Numbered from the stretch's first letter, positions 25,822-41,711 are shown. The stretch is DNA of 64,000 nucleotides from Octopus vulgaris (GCA_951406725.2 OX597816.1:72912001-72976000); one strand, 5' to 3'. The notes: generated by a model not told the origin, from the letters alone. Translations and numbers: made by a program.

Positions 25822-26095
25822 ATACGCATGTATGCATATGCATCGTTTGTTTACGGATATAAAACGTTTTCCAGAATATAATGAAGCGATTTATCACTTC
25901 CATGTAATTAACTAAGTCATTGATGAATCATCATTAGCAATTATAGTTTTGCAAACATTATTATTACCTATTGAACTTAGTTAATTAGCCTTAAAGAGTT
26001 TGACAACGAAGACACTGTGCCTTGTTCAAACATTAGAGTAACAATACCAAGCTTTGTCCTGCTAGGCAAACATAGTGCAATTAATCGTTCTAGAA
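25822..26095. repeat. Copy 2 (inverted) of the ~280-bp non-coding block
   Basis: Reverse complement of 20355-20630. Confidence 0.92.
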
Positions 26096-26112
26096 AGCTA
26101 GCGCTATTTACG

Positions 26113-26153
<41 letters not shown>

Positions 26154-26212
26154 TATGTATATGTATATATATACATATACATATATATATATATGTATGT
26201 ATATGTATATCT

Positions 26213-26303
<91 letters not shown>

Positions 26304-26528
26304 CGTGTATATGCTAATTGCTCTGTAAGTACACTAAAGAAAAAGCAAAACAAAAAAGAAACAAGTATTTATTCAAAACTCTCGTTTCTTCAGTCACTAA
26401 TCGGGCTTTCTTCCCACCAATCATTCTGTTCTGTAGCAGTGTTGGGTACTAAGAAAAAAGCTTTATACTTTATTCGTTTAATTGCAATGCACGTTACAGC
26501 GATACCGCCAGTTTTATTTTTGTGTGTG

Positions 26529-26565
<37 letters not shown>

Positions 26566-26781
26566 AACACACACACACTCACATACACACATATACTGAT
26601 TTTGCATGCGCTTTGAGTTACGTAAAACAAAGTTTAACTTTGGAAATATATGTAGTTTTGTTTTACCTTATCCATTCCTTCCATTTTAAAGATATATATA
26701 TGTATAATATATAATATATAATATATACACACACACACGCACGCACACACAAACGCACGCACACACACACTCGCACGCACA

Positions 26782-26820
<39 letters not shown>

Positions 26821-26951
26821 ACATATATATATAACAAAGATACCATATATACAGACATACACACGTACATATATGTGTATGTACGTATATGTGTGTGTCT
26901 GTATGAGTGTGGGTGTGTGCTAGTTCAGTGCGACTTCCTGTTTATGTACTT

Positions 26952-27011
<60 letters not shown>

Positions 27012-27020
27012 TAAATATAA

Positions 27021-27068
<48 letters not shown>

Positions 27069-27699
27069 CTTTAAAATGTCAAATGCAAACGGACACCTCT
27101 TAATTATAATCTATTAACATTGTAAAAATTAATTCTTCTCTTACACTCATAATAAAGATGGATTATGCTTTAATATTAAACATACCTTCATTCTTTCAAT
27201 ATATTTGTCGATTTTAACAGATCCTTTATTCCGCCAATGTTTATTTGCAGAAGAATTTCATTGTAATAAAGGAGCTAAATCAGTGAAAGTAGTTTTATAT
27301 TTATAGAGATTTAGCAAAGAGGTGAAGCTCATAATTGAACTTAGATAATCATTTACAAAGACGGTTTGCTTAAATGCCGTTTATTTGGGTTACTTATTCC
27401 CGAATCTGAGTTGTGTTTTATCTGCATGTCACCTTGGAAAAGGAAAAAGGCATCTATGCTCGTGAGCGAAATATGTTTTGACGACAAATGTGCGAATCCC
27501 CATCCTGTATATTTCAGTGTGTGTCTTTATGTATGAGTTTGCTTCCCAACTAAATGGTTCCGGGTTCAATCCCACTCGATGTAATCGACGTACACCATCC
27601 CCGAAATTACTGGCCTTGTGCCAAAACTTGAAAACTATAAGAAAACATAAGACATAAATTTACGAGCCACACTACACCTTTGCAAATATATATATATAT

Positions 27700-27850
<151 letters not shown>

Positions 27851-27886
27851 ATCCTTGGCATCATGTTTTTATTTTTATCAATTTAC

Positions 27887-27955
<69 letters not shown>

Positions 27956-27994
27956 GTAAATTGATAAAAATAAAAACATGATGCCAAGGATTCA

Positions 27995-28072
27995 GCGGTA
28001 CATATGTTTCGGGCCTTAATTAGACAGATTTATAACAATGCATAATGTATGTCTGTGGCCTTCTTCAGCCGC
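27995..28072 (-). ncRNA. Type I hammerhead ribozyme motif with extended stem II
   Basis: Near-identical reverse complement of 30327-30404. Confidence 0.78.
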
Positions 28073-28114
28073 GCACAACAGCTTCCACAAGGACATGTGT
28101 TACATCAAAAATTC

Positions 28115-28276
28115 TGCACCTTATTAAATAATAGAGCAGGATGCCAACTATGTTGTGTAGAACTCCTGAACATCTTGAAATTCAAAGACAAACACAATCT
28201 TATTAACAAAAGGTCAGAGTTCAAACCATCCTGTATACACAAACTTATTAATACTTTCAAATACTACAAAGCTTAG
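28115..28276 (+). pseudogene. C-terminal end of a Penelope-like ORF (GIY-YIG endonuclease tail)
   Basis: GCQLCCVELLNILKFKDKHNLINKRSEFKPSCIHK resembles the CxLCxxE...LNKRSE...CxH ending I recall for invertebrate PLEs (possibly Naiad group). Confidence 0.7.
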
Positions 28277-30326
28277 GTTATTATACCAACTCCCCCATGC
28301 AATTTCCTCCCACCCGGTGCAACCTGTCGGCTCCAGCACATCCCGCTTTCCTATATGTGCGTGTATATGCGTATATGTGTGCGTATATATATATATGTAT
28401 GTGCACATGTGTGTATGTATATGTATATATATATATATGTGTGTGTGTGTGGGGGGGGGGTGTATGTGCATATATGTTTCCCTGCATTTTCCTCCTATAT
28501 ATGCACATTTTGTCTCCCATATATGTCTTTTTTCCCTACATATTTCTTCTCCTACACCCATATCCTTCCTATATAGTCTCTTTATTTCCCTATATCTACA
28601 CCCTTTCTTATTTCTAACTCGGATGTTGAACGCACACCGCCAAACTCCACTTCCCACCCTTCCAATTTTCAGTTCCCCCCGCCCGCCCCTACGTGGGCAC
28701 CTTTAACATACACCTCTAACTTTCAACCACCTTCATTTCATGTTAAACTTTACCAGATTATATTTTTATTTTATTTTATTTTTATTTTTACTTTTATTTT
28801 GCTTTATTCTGTTCTACTTCGCTTTACCTTTATTCTCATTTTTATTTTTATTTTCATCCCTTATCTTAATTCTTATAATTTTTATAATTTTTATATTTCA
28901 TTTCTAACTTTTACATTGTATTTCTTATTTTATATTGTATTTCTTACTGTTATTTCTAATTTTTACTCTTACCCTCATTCTTACCCCTAACTTATCGCTT
29001 TATACCTCTATATATGTCTATTTTTTTTGCTTATCCCTTATTTACTTACCTATGGATCCGCTTTATGATTATACGAGCGTCCGTGTACATATGTATACGT
29101 ATACATATGTGTACATATGTACGAGTAAACACCTACGTCTGGATGTGCAGACCCCGTATTTCTTTACATTTTTTTACATGTTTTCTTATACTCATATGTT
29201 TACGCCTATTTGTATACATCTTTTTTTACATGTTTTCTTATACTCATATGTTTACACCTATTTGTATACATCTTTTAATATCTTATAGCTATACCCATAT
29301 GCGCGTATGTCTCTCTGTGTGTATGCAAGTGTATATGTGCACGCACATATGGACACACAGCCATGTGTGCGTGCACGTGTGGACGTGAGTGCGTGATTCT
29401 TTACATACGTTCTTATATACATCCTTTAATATCTTATATCTAAACCTGGAAGCGTGGGCATATGTGTATGTGTATGTAAGGATGGACGCACGTATATATA
29501 TGTGGGTGTGTACACGTATAATGTCCGTGTATACATGCGGATATTCTGTTGTATGTATGTATATGTACGCGCGTGCGTGTGGGTGTATGTGTGTTTATGT
29601 ACATGTTTACACGTGAGTGCGTGTGTATGCTTATAGGCTTGGAGCCGCGTATGCGCGCGTATATGTGCGCGTGTATATGGGCGTATGTATCTATGGTGGT
29701 ATGTATGGTACAAGATGACCAATTAATTCAAAGAACTAGATTAAACGCTCAACAGCTCTGATTTACAACACACTAGGTCCCCAGACAACTTCTACAACTA
29801 AACTTTATCAATCTCCTGACCACCATGTTTGGTCCGTAACCTCTATACATCCCTTATCTTTATATTTTTTTATATTTTTTTACATTTTTATCATGTTTAT
29901 TCCTATTTATTTTTTTACTTTTTACTTTTATTTCTATTTCTATCTTTACTTTATAACCTTATGCCTTTACATTCATTTATATTTCTTTATATTTCTTTAT
30001 ATTCTTTATACCCCCTTTACATCTCCTTATATCCCTTTATATCTTTATACTCTACATTTTTATATTTTTCTATACTTACACTTTTTATACATACATTTTT
30101 TATCCCTCGTCCTGAATTCTCGCCCCTCCATCTTCACGTCTATATATGTATTTATTTATTTACATTACTTCAACATCCAAATTTCCTCATTCTACATTGA
30201 GAGAAGAAAGAGATGGACGCTTCAATTCTATGCTGTTGCCGCATTATGTCGTACGCGAATGAGAGGATTTGCATCCCCAACCAAGAATTTTTGATGTAAC
30301 ACATGTCCTTGTGGAAGCTGTTGTGC

Positions 30327-30404
30327 GCGGCTGAAGAAGGCCACAGACATACATTATGCATTGTTATAAATCTGTCTAATAAAGGCCCGAAACATATGTA
30401 CCGC
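30327..30404 (+). ncRNA. Type I hammerhead ribozyme motif with extended stem II
   Basis: Stem I GCGG/CCGC; core CTGAAGA; stem II GGCC...GGCC enclosing ACAGA/TCTGT; GAAA; palindromic stem III ACATATGT; GUA triplet ending at 30400. Confidence 0.8.
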
Positions 30405-30532
30405 TGAATCCTTGGCATCATGTTTTTATTTTGATCAATTTACTCCACCACCTACACCACCAAACGGTATACACAGGTGCTTATAATTATCAAGTACTCA
30501 CCCCGAATTTGTATATATATGTATATATATAC

Positions 30533-30642
<110 letters not shown>

Positions 30643-30694
30643 GTATATATATACATGTGTATATATATATATATATGTATATATATGTATATAT

Positions 30695-30744
<50 letters not shown>

Positions 30745-33097
30745 CTTAGAAAGGTTTTGGCCAGTATTGACCCAGGCCATGTCTAACTTAATAGCACCAC
30801 CTGGCGACGTCTTTCAATTCAGGATTTGGGCACCGAGGCCCATTTTTGCAGAGAGTTATTGTTTGCGGAGACATATCCGGGTGTGGGTGGTTTGTCCGGG
30901 ACTGTTTGAAGGAATTTGTCCAAAGACTTCTTGAATTTTGTGTGGTCAGTTTCTGTTTTGACGTGTCCTGGTGTAATGTTGAAGAGAGCGGGTCCAATTG
31001 AAATGAAATAATTGTGCCGTATTGTCGTTATGTGACACGATTTAGATTTTTGTTGTGGACGGATGGCACGTGGTCCAAGCCTATGATGTATTTTGAAGTT
31101 GATGCCAACATCATTCGGACAGTGCTGATGGAATATTTTCCACATCATACAGATAATGTAACGTTCACGGCGTCGTTGGAGTGAATACAGTTTCAGCTTC
31201 TCTAGTCTACCCCAGTAGTCGAGGTCTGACATGCCATCTATCTGTTTTTGTGATTGACCTTTGGGGAGCTTCAATTCTCATAATATTTTGTTTTGTGTAG
31301 GGAGACCACAGTGGACAGCAGTATTCAAGGTGGGGTCGGGAAAAAGTGGAGAAGAGAAGGATAATAGTGTGGGAATCTCTCGACTGGAAGGTTCTCAGAA
31401 TCTAGGAACACATTCTGCGGGCCTTGTCAACTTTGCTGCTTATATGTGTAGCCCAGCTTACGTTGTTGTCTACTGTTACTCCCAAGTCTCTGATGTTAGA
31501 CGCCATGAGAATTTCTCCAGAAGGAAGGGAGTATGGGAGTTTCAGAGCGTCCTCCCTTCCAAAGTGGATCAGTTCGAATTTGTCTTCGTTTAGCAACATG
31601 TTGTTCTTTTCCGCCCATTGGACAACAGCCAGTAGGTCTGACTGAAGGCTTATTCGGTCATCCACGCCATTGATGACCTTCTGGAGCTTGGAATCATCAG
31701 CGAAGGTTCTGATGTTATTGTGTTTGATGGTGTCTGTAATATCATTAATGTAGATGATGAAGAGAAGTAGACCCAACACAGTGCCTTGTGGTACACCACT
31801 GCTGACTTTGGCTGGGCTGGATTTAACTCCTTCGACTACAACATGTTGGTCTCTGTTAGACAGGAAGCACTTGATTCACTGCAGCAGCTTTCCAGTGACA
31901 CCAATATTGGACAGCTTTCTCAAAAGGATTTTATTATCAACCCTGTCAAAGGCCTTGCTGAAATCAAGGTAGATGACATCAGTGTTGGAACCCTCTCCCA
32001 AGGCTCTCAAAATGTCATCAAAATGATGCAGTCAGGCAATCCCTTCCATTACGGAATCCATGCTGGTTGGAGTTCAGCATATTATGACTCTCAAGGAAGT
32101 GAGTCATACGCGATCTCAGCACTCTCTCAAATACCTTAATGATATGTGAGGTGAGTGAGATTGGACGGTAATTCACGGCAAGCGATTTGTTTCCTTTTTT
32201 GAAAACTGGGACAACAGACTGGGATAGAAGGTCTTCTGGTATATATCCAGCATTCAGTGAGTTCCGCCACAGATTGGCTAGAGGGGGTGCAAGTTGGTGT
32301 TGATACATCTTCAAGACACAAGCAGGGAACCTACTGCTGAATTATGCTTCATTTCCTTTATTGTTGCTAAGACATCAGGAACGCCAAAGGTTACGTCCGA
32401 TAAAGTGTATTGGGGAGTAACATCACTGATACAGCCCAGATCAGTCATATCAGAATTGCTGAAAACAGAGCAATATTTTTTCTGCAATATCTCTCCCATG
32501 GTTTTGGCATTGTCTTGAAGAGTACCATTTTCATCAATTAGAGGGCCAACAGTAGAACCAGTGACTCTGTATTTTTTTTTTGCAAATGAAAAGAACACTT
32601 TGGGATTGAGTTTGATCTTCTCAATGGCCCAGGCCTCTTCAGCTCTTCTCTGACTATTGATGATAGACATCATGTTGTTTTAGAGTTTATGTTTTTTAAT
32701 CTCTAGCGACGAGATGGCAGTCAGGTTGGTGTGTTGCTGTTGAAAGGCGGCGAGCTGGCAGACACGTTAGCACGCCGGGCGAAATGCTGAGCGGTATTTT
32801 GTCTGCCGTTACATTCTGAGTTCAAATTCCGCCGAGGTCGACTTTGCCTTTCATCCTTTCGGGTCGATAAATTAAGTACCAGTTACGCACTGGGGTCGAT
32901 GTAATCGACTTAATACCTATGTCTGTCCTTGTTTGTCCCCTCTATGTTCAGCCCCTTGTGGGTAATAAAGAAATAGGTATTTCAGCTTGTTGATTTTTTT
33001 GTTAATTCTTTTAATTTTCCTGATGAGAGATTTTCTATTTCTAGGGATTCGACACTTAGATTTGTTTGCAGATCTTAATGGGGTATGTTTTGCACAT
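30745..33097 (-). pseudogene. CR1/L2-group LINE, 5'-truncated ORF2 (reverse transcriptase) with frameshifts and deletions, interrupted by a SINE
   Basis: VPVFKKGNKSLAVNYRPISLTSHIIKVFER, QHGFRNGRDCLT, YLDFSKAFD, GVPQGTVLG.LLFIIYIND, FADDSKL, RDLGVTVD, RLEKLKLYSLQRRRER. Confidence 0.92.
32746..32977 (+). mobile_element. SINE family A, young full-length copy inside the LINE remnant
   Basis: Nearly identical to the reverse complement of 18694-18926. Confidence 0.9.
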
Positions 33098-33104
33098 ATG
33101 TTCG

Positions 33105-33179
<75 letters not shown>

Positions 33180-33377
33180 GTATATGTATATATATATATA
33201 TGTGTGTGTGTGTTTGTGTGTATGTAAATGTACTATGTGACAATTATTCGATACCCATGATAAATTCCTCTATTTACATAACATCGAGGTATCTTTCATT
33301 CTTTTGTTGTCTTACCATTTCTATCAATATATATATGTGTGTGTGTGTAAATATATATATATATATATATATATATT

Positions 33378-33718
33378 ATTTGTTTCAGTTATTTGATTGC
33401 GGCCATGCAGGAGCACCGCCCTTACTCGAGCAAATCGACCCCAGGACTTATTCATTATAAGCCTAGTAATTATTGTATCGGTCTCTCTTGCCGAACCGCT
33501 AAGTGACGAGGACCTAAACACACCAGCATCGGTTGTCAAGCGATGTTTGGGGAGACAAACACAGACACACACATATATATATGTATGTGTGTGTGTGTGT
33601 GTGTGTTTGTGTGTCTGCGCGTGCGTGTGTGTGTGTGTGTGTGTGTGTATGTACATATATATATGTATATATACGACGGGCTTCTTTCAGTTTTCGTGTA
33701 CCAAATCCACTCATAAGG
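33378..33718 (-). mobile_element. SINE family B
   Basis: GTTTCAGT.ATTTGA.TGCGGCCATGC.GGAGCACCGCC...ACGACGGGCTTCTTTCAGTTT. Confidence 0.85.
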
Positions 33719-34602
33719 TCTGTGTCTTTGTGTCTATGTTCATTCTCCGCACACCCCTTGGCAACCAGTGCTGGTATGTTTTACGTCCCTATACATAAGT
33801 TGTTCGGCACAACAGAGCAAAAGAATAATTACCTCTCTTAAAACGTAAATGAGTATTGTGGTCCATGTGCTCGACGAAAACTGCCGCAGTCAGAGCCCCA
33901 GCATGGCTGCAGTCCAATGACTGGAACAAGTAAAATATACTAGATAAAATTTATTTGGAAAAGATCTCGCAAGACTGTGGAAATTAAGTTTATAACACAG
34001 CAGATATGATAAAAGTTTGTTTTCATAAAAATTACATTGTTAATCTCCGACATCATACGTTACAATGTTTTAAGCAGACATTATAAGCAAATGTGCGTAT
34101 GTGTGTATGTGTATACATATGTGTGTGTGTGTACCTGTGTGTGTATACGCGTGTGTGTGTATATGTGTGTGTGTGCAATTGGCATTTAGCAAATATCATC
34201 ATGAGATACCAGAGCACATAATAAATATCTGGGCAGATTAGTGAGGCGACAGAGTATATAAGACTTGAAGCATTATTCAAATTGTTAAGATGCACAGTTC
34301 CTTTGAATAGGTCTGTGAATATAAAGAGGTACATTTACACACACAAACACACACACAAACACACACAAACACAAACACACACACACACACACACTCACAC
34401 ACACACACGCACACACACAAAGACAAACACACACAAAGACAAACACACACACACACACACACATGTGTCTGTATATCTCAAAACTTACAACATTGATAGA
34501 CGTAAGCATATACGCCTATATATATATATATACATATATATGTAAGCGCTTATCTATTTGTCTTTATATTCCTTTCATCTACTTATAGTTCCAAGTGTGT
34601 AA

Positions 34603-34652
<50 letters not shown>

Positions 34653-34696
34653 ATTTATATATGTACGTATATGTATGTATATATGTATATATGTAC

Positions 34697-34735
<39 letters not shown>

Positions 34736-35156
34736 AACACACACACACATACACACACACAAACACACACACACACACACCTATATATATATGAAGTATA
34801 TAATATAATAATAAAGTTTTGGAGAATGTATAATTCCCCATTCTTGTTTATAATATCTTGCGTTTGTGCATGTCTATATATATATTATTTCTTTATATTT
34901 TGCATGTTTCAGGCGTTAGACAACGGCCATGCTACAGCACCGCGGAAAAGAATTTTTATTCGAACGAATCGATTTCAGCATATAGTTTTCTTTTTATAAA
35001 GCCTGATACTTCTGTCGTTTACTTTTTGCCGAACCGCTAGGTGGCTGGGGCGTAAACACACTAACACCGATTGTCAACCGGTTGTAGCAGACAAACGCAG
35101 ACACAAAGATACAAATACATACATGCATGAATACATACATACATACATACATACAT

Positions 35157-35226
<70 letters not shown>

Positions 35227-35250
35227 GTCTGTGTATATATATATATATAT

Positions 35251-35435
35251 GTCACCATGATAGATCGTTAGCCACCACACACATTTTTTTCTCTCCTTCT
35301 TTTTTCTGTGTTCCTTTCTGTAGAAGAGCGTAGGCTCGGAACGTAAAAGACTTTTTCTATTCCTGAACGTTATACTAATACATCTGTTTGTTTTGTACAC
35401 CACCTGTCTTTGTCTTTTGTTTTTTCGTAAACTCT

Positions 35436-35438
<3 letters not shown>
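35251..35438 (+). mobile_element. Short (TA)n-inserted element with degenerate minimal hammerhead (35314-35349)
   Basis: CTTT-CTGTAGA-A-GAGC-gtag-GCTC-GGAACGTA-AAAG: same layout as H1 with different stems and two core substitutions. Confidence 0.55.
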
Positions 35439-35516
<78 letters not shown>

Positions 35517-35668
35517 TGTATGTATGTATATGCATTTATGAGGCTTCTTTTAGCTTCCATATAACAAATCCACTCACAATGCTTTGGTGGCCCAAGGCTA
35601 TAGCAAAAGAGAAGTGAATTGGGAGGTAAATTCGTAGCATATATATATGTGTGTGTGTGTGTGTGTGC

Positions 35669-35700
<32 letters not shown>

Positions 35701-35970
35701 GCAATGTATGCGTGTGTATGTGTAATATATGTTTACATAAATAACAAATACATACACCCTAAAACACATACATTCATACATTCATACGTGCATACATACA
35801 AGCGTACATGCATACATATGATGACATTGTGAATGTCTTTCCAAACGTATAGGTAGTGTTGTCATTTATACTCTTACCGTAAGCGTGTACGTATGTTTAC
35901 GGGTTGCATGCGTGTATGCGTATGCAAGTTTATATGTATGCGTGTATGTGTGTGATACACACACACACAC

Positions 35971-36054
<84 letters not shown>

Positions 36055-36307
36055 TCATATATTTATCTACGTCTATCATGCATGAAAATCTGCGTAGGTC
36101 TGTGTTTATCTGTGTCGTGCGGTGTTGTCTATAACGAAATTATGGCTGCCATTAATTTATACGAGAGAGTTCATTTAAGAGAATCTTCGTTCTGATGTTA
36201 CAGACGTCAAAACACTTCAAGTGATTTCTCTTTCTAAAGTACCTGGCTAACTACTTTACATACATACAGGCATACGCACGTGCATATATACATACATACG
36301 TACATAC

Positions 36308-36339
<32 letters not shown>

Positions 36340-36753
36340 GCTTGCACATGCATATACATACATGTAATTATACGCACTTATTCCTTTATATGTAAGTTTA
36401 CATGTGTATACACACACACTCTCTCTCTCTCTCTCTCACACACACACATATACTTATATGTATATAGGTAGACATTTATATATGTACACAAGTACATACA
36501 TACATTTAGTATACAAACATATCTATATGCATATATGGTTAACTAAATACATAAATACTTATACACACACACACACACACATGTATATGCATATATATAT
36601 ATATATAATGTGTTTGTATGTATGTATATATATATATATATGTATATGTATGTATGTATCTATGTATGCATGTCCCTATATATATATATATATATATATC
36701 TATAAACACACACATAAATTGTGCGTGTGTGTGCGCGTACGTAGGTATGTGTG

Positions 36754-36820
<67 letters not shown>

Positions 36821-36948
36821 ACATACCTAAATATCTCTATAACAAAATAGCTATAAATATGAAATGAATGGCATAAAAAATGGTGCGATAATAAAAGAGA
36901 ATGAAGGAAAAAGCATCTCCTACTCTCTCACAAATAAAAGCAACGCAC

Positions 36949-37870
<922 letters not shown>

Positions 37871-38209
37871 TGGGTCTTGATGCTGCTGCTGGTGAATGTG
37901 GTAGCTATGGTGGCGCTTCTGCTGCTGCGGCTCCTGCTAGTGTTGATATCAGCAATAAATCGAAGTGGAAGCAAACAATCTATTCAATGGTTCCATCGTT
38001 TGGACAATAAACCACTTAGAGAGAGAGAAAAAAAAAACATCTTCACTGTGGACAACAGGCGCCGCTTAAGAAGCACAAAATATTTCTCAAAGGAAACGAA
38101 AATGTTCATTCAGAGAAAGAAGAGGGGAAAAAGAAAAACAAAAAAACGTTCAAACCATCTGAATCAATATATGATTTCACATACCAAACCCAACACATAA
38201 ACATCGTGT

Positions 38210-38256
<47 letters not shown>

Positions 38257-38304
38257 AACACACACACACATATATATATATATACATATATGTATGTGCA
38301 TACA

Positions 38305-38449
<145 letters not shown>

Positions 38450-38599
38450 ATATGAATATACATATATATATATATGCATATATATATACATACATATATA
38501 TATAGATATATACAAACATTTCTATATGCATATATATTCATATATATTATTTTATGTATATACAATATATATATATTCTTTTCTTTTATTTTTTTACTT

Positions 38600-39418
<819 letters not shown>

Positions 39419-39481
39419 GATATAGAGTGTACATATTTGTATACATAAGTACATATATATATCTGTATATATATATATAAA

Positions 39482-39539
<58 letters not shown>

Positions 39540-40073
39540 AAAATGTATAAGCACTCATATGTATATGTATATGATTTATTATGGGTATGTACACACACTT
39601 ATATGAGTGTATATGTAATTTGGTTTGTATTTAATAATCTCCTTAGGATATTTTTGTAAATGTCTCATTTATAACTACATATTGACCTACCACACATGGC
39701 TAATATAAGTAAAATGAGATATACTTATCTGCATGGCCGAAACAGCTGTAAGATGTAGTTTATATTTATATTTATATTTATATTTATTTATATTTATATT
39801 CTCTTATACATATTGTACTTATTGTATCATATTACTCCTTTATGTACACTCCTTTATGTACACTGTTTTGTTCTATATTATTATGTTTGACCTTAAAGTT
39901 TCTTATGTAGTGGTTTAATAAAGTATGTGATTGGGTATTATCTGGTAGTTGATATTCGATTTGGATGTATTTCTCCATTTTCTTATTTTGTATATACATA
40001 AAAATATATGTATATATATATATGTATGTATGTATGTATCTATCTATATATATATAAATATACATATAAATAT

Positions 40074-40135
<62 letters not shown>

Positions 40136-40189
40136 TATATATATAATAAATAAATAAATATAAATAAACAAATAAATAAATATATATAC

Positions 40190-40365
40190 ATGTGAGTACC
40201 GTTGGCGATTTTTTTCCTCCGTCTTTCCTATGTTTCTGACGAAGAGCACCGCTCGAAACGTTAAACCCTCCTTCTTCCCTTCCTTCCTGAGCGTCCAATA
40301 ATACTATATTTGTTCCACGTCCTCGCGTGGTGGTATTTTCTCTTTGTGTTTTCATGCTTGGATTA

Positions 40366-40370
<5 letters not shown>
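40190..40370 (+). mobile_element. Family H1 element
   Basis: Collinear with the other three H1 copies. Confidence 0.78.
40232..40266 (+). ncRNA. Ultra-minimal hammerhead motif with canonical core (family H1)
   Basis: GTTT-CTGACGA-A-GAGC-acc-GCTC-GAAACGTT-AAAC; stem III is only the palindrome ACGT. Confidence 0.68.
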
Positions 40371-40409
<39 letters not shown>

Positions 40410-40425
40410 AATGTTTACATAGATA

Positions 40426-40914
40426 TATGAGCAGAATTTAGGCTAGAGTTGAAATATGTTTGTGTCACATTTCAACTGCTAAAAGACAAATTCACCTCTT
40501 TACCATAATAAAGATTTATTCTCCACGGTAACTGCAGTGTATTTGCTTTTCGGCTGTTGAAATGTGTCAAAAATCTATTTCAACTAACCTAAATTCTCCT
40601 CATACTTAAACACTGCTTTGCGCCTATGCTTCGTTGTTTACCTCGATCGGATGATCGGATGAAAGCTATAGCTTTCTAAGTTCGTTCAGAGTTGTCTTTC
40701 TTAGGTACGTCTCGTTGCCGTGAGCCGAAACGGCTCGAAACATCAATATCCGAGATTCTAAAAGATGGAGACACTCAACGAACGCACCTCATTATCATAA
40801 GAGAGATTTATTCTCCACAGTAACTTTTAGAAGTTGAAAGGTGCCACAAACATATTTCAACAAGCCTAAATTCCACTCGTATTTAAACATTACTCCCCGC
40901 TAACGCTTCGTTGT
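40426..40914. repeat. Diverged inverted + partial tandem repeat (period ~292 bp)
   Basis: 40426-40496 is inverted relative to ~40537-40604; 40501-40637 recurs at 40793-40914. Confidence 0.75.
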
Positions 40915-40989
40915 ATGCATGTAAATATGCACTCACGCACATACGTACATGCATATATATATATATATCTTGACTCACCAAGCTATCAA

Positions 40990-41243
40990 ATGTTGCTACA
41001 CATCGCTGGTCACGATGCGCTTCGCATTGTTTTAGCCTTCAAATGACGCCACCCCGCTGGCTAAGCGAGCAGGCCAACAGAAGAAAGAGTGAGAAAAAGT
41101 TGTGGCGAAAGAGTACAGCAGGGATCACCACCACCCCCTGCTGGAGCCCCGTGGAGCTTTATGTGTTTTCCCCGGTCTGGGAATCGAAACCGCGATCCTA
41201 CGACCGCAAGTCCGCTGCCTTAACCATTGGGCCATTGCGCCTC

Positions 41244-41244
<1 letters not shown>
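40990..41244 (-). mobile_element. SINE family D
   Basis: Reverse-complement match to 24729-25030. Confidence 0.85.
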
Positions 41245-41291
<47 letters not shown>

Positions 41292-41304
41292 CATATACAT
41301 ATGC

Positions 41305-41371
<67 letters not shown>

Positions 41372-41394
41372 CATGTATATGTATAAGTTCGGGC

Positions 41395-41630
41395 CGACCA
41401 AAACCTCGCAATGCTAGGGGGGACAAAAACAGAAACACACACACATACATACATATATATATATATACGACTGACTTCTTTCAGTTTCCGTCTACCAAAT
41501 CCACTCACAAGGCATTGGTCGGCCCGGGGCTATAGCAGAAGACACTTGCCCAAGGTGCCACGCAGTGGGACTGAACCCGGAACCATGTGGCTGGTTAGCA
41601 AGCTACTTACCACACAGCCACTCCTGCGCC
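41395..41630 (-). mobile_element. SINE family B, 5' half
   Basis: Reverse complement begins GGCGCAGGAGTGGCTGTGTGGTAAGTAGCTTGC. Confidence 0.88.

Positions 41631-41711
<81 letters not shown>

Larger units (their letters stand above)
27851..30510 (+). mobile_element. 5'-truncated Penelope-like retroelement with an inverted pLTR copy at its 5' end
   Basis: 27956-28115 is the reverse complement of 30284-30443, and both contain a hammerhead; a PLE-type C-terminal peptide lies between them; (TA)n on both sides. Confidence 0.8.

Noticed and set aside
30259-30296. SECIS element in the PLE 3' region (ATGA...AA...TGAT)
   Set aside because: Spacing of 16 nt to the AA and ~12 nt after it does not fit the eukaryotic SECIS pattern.
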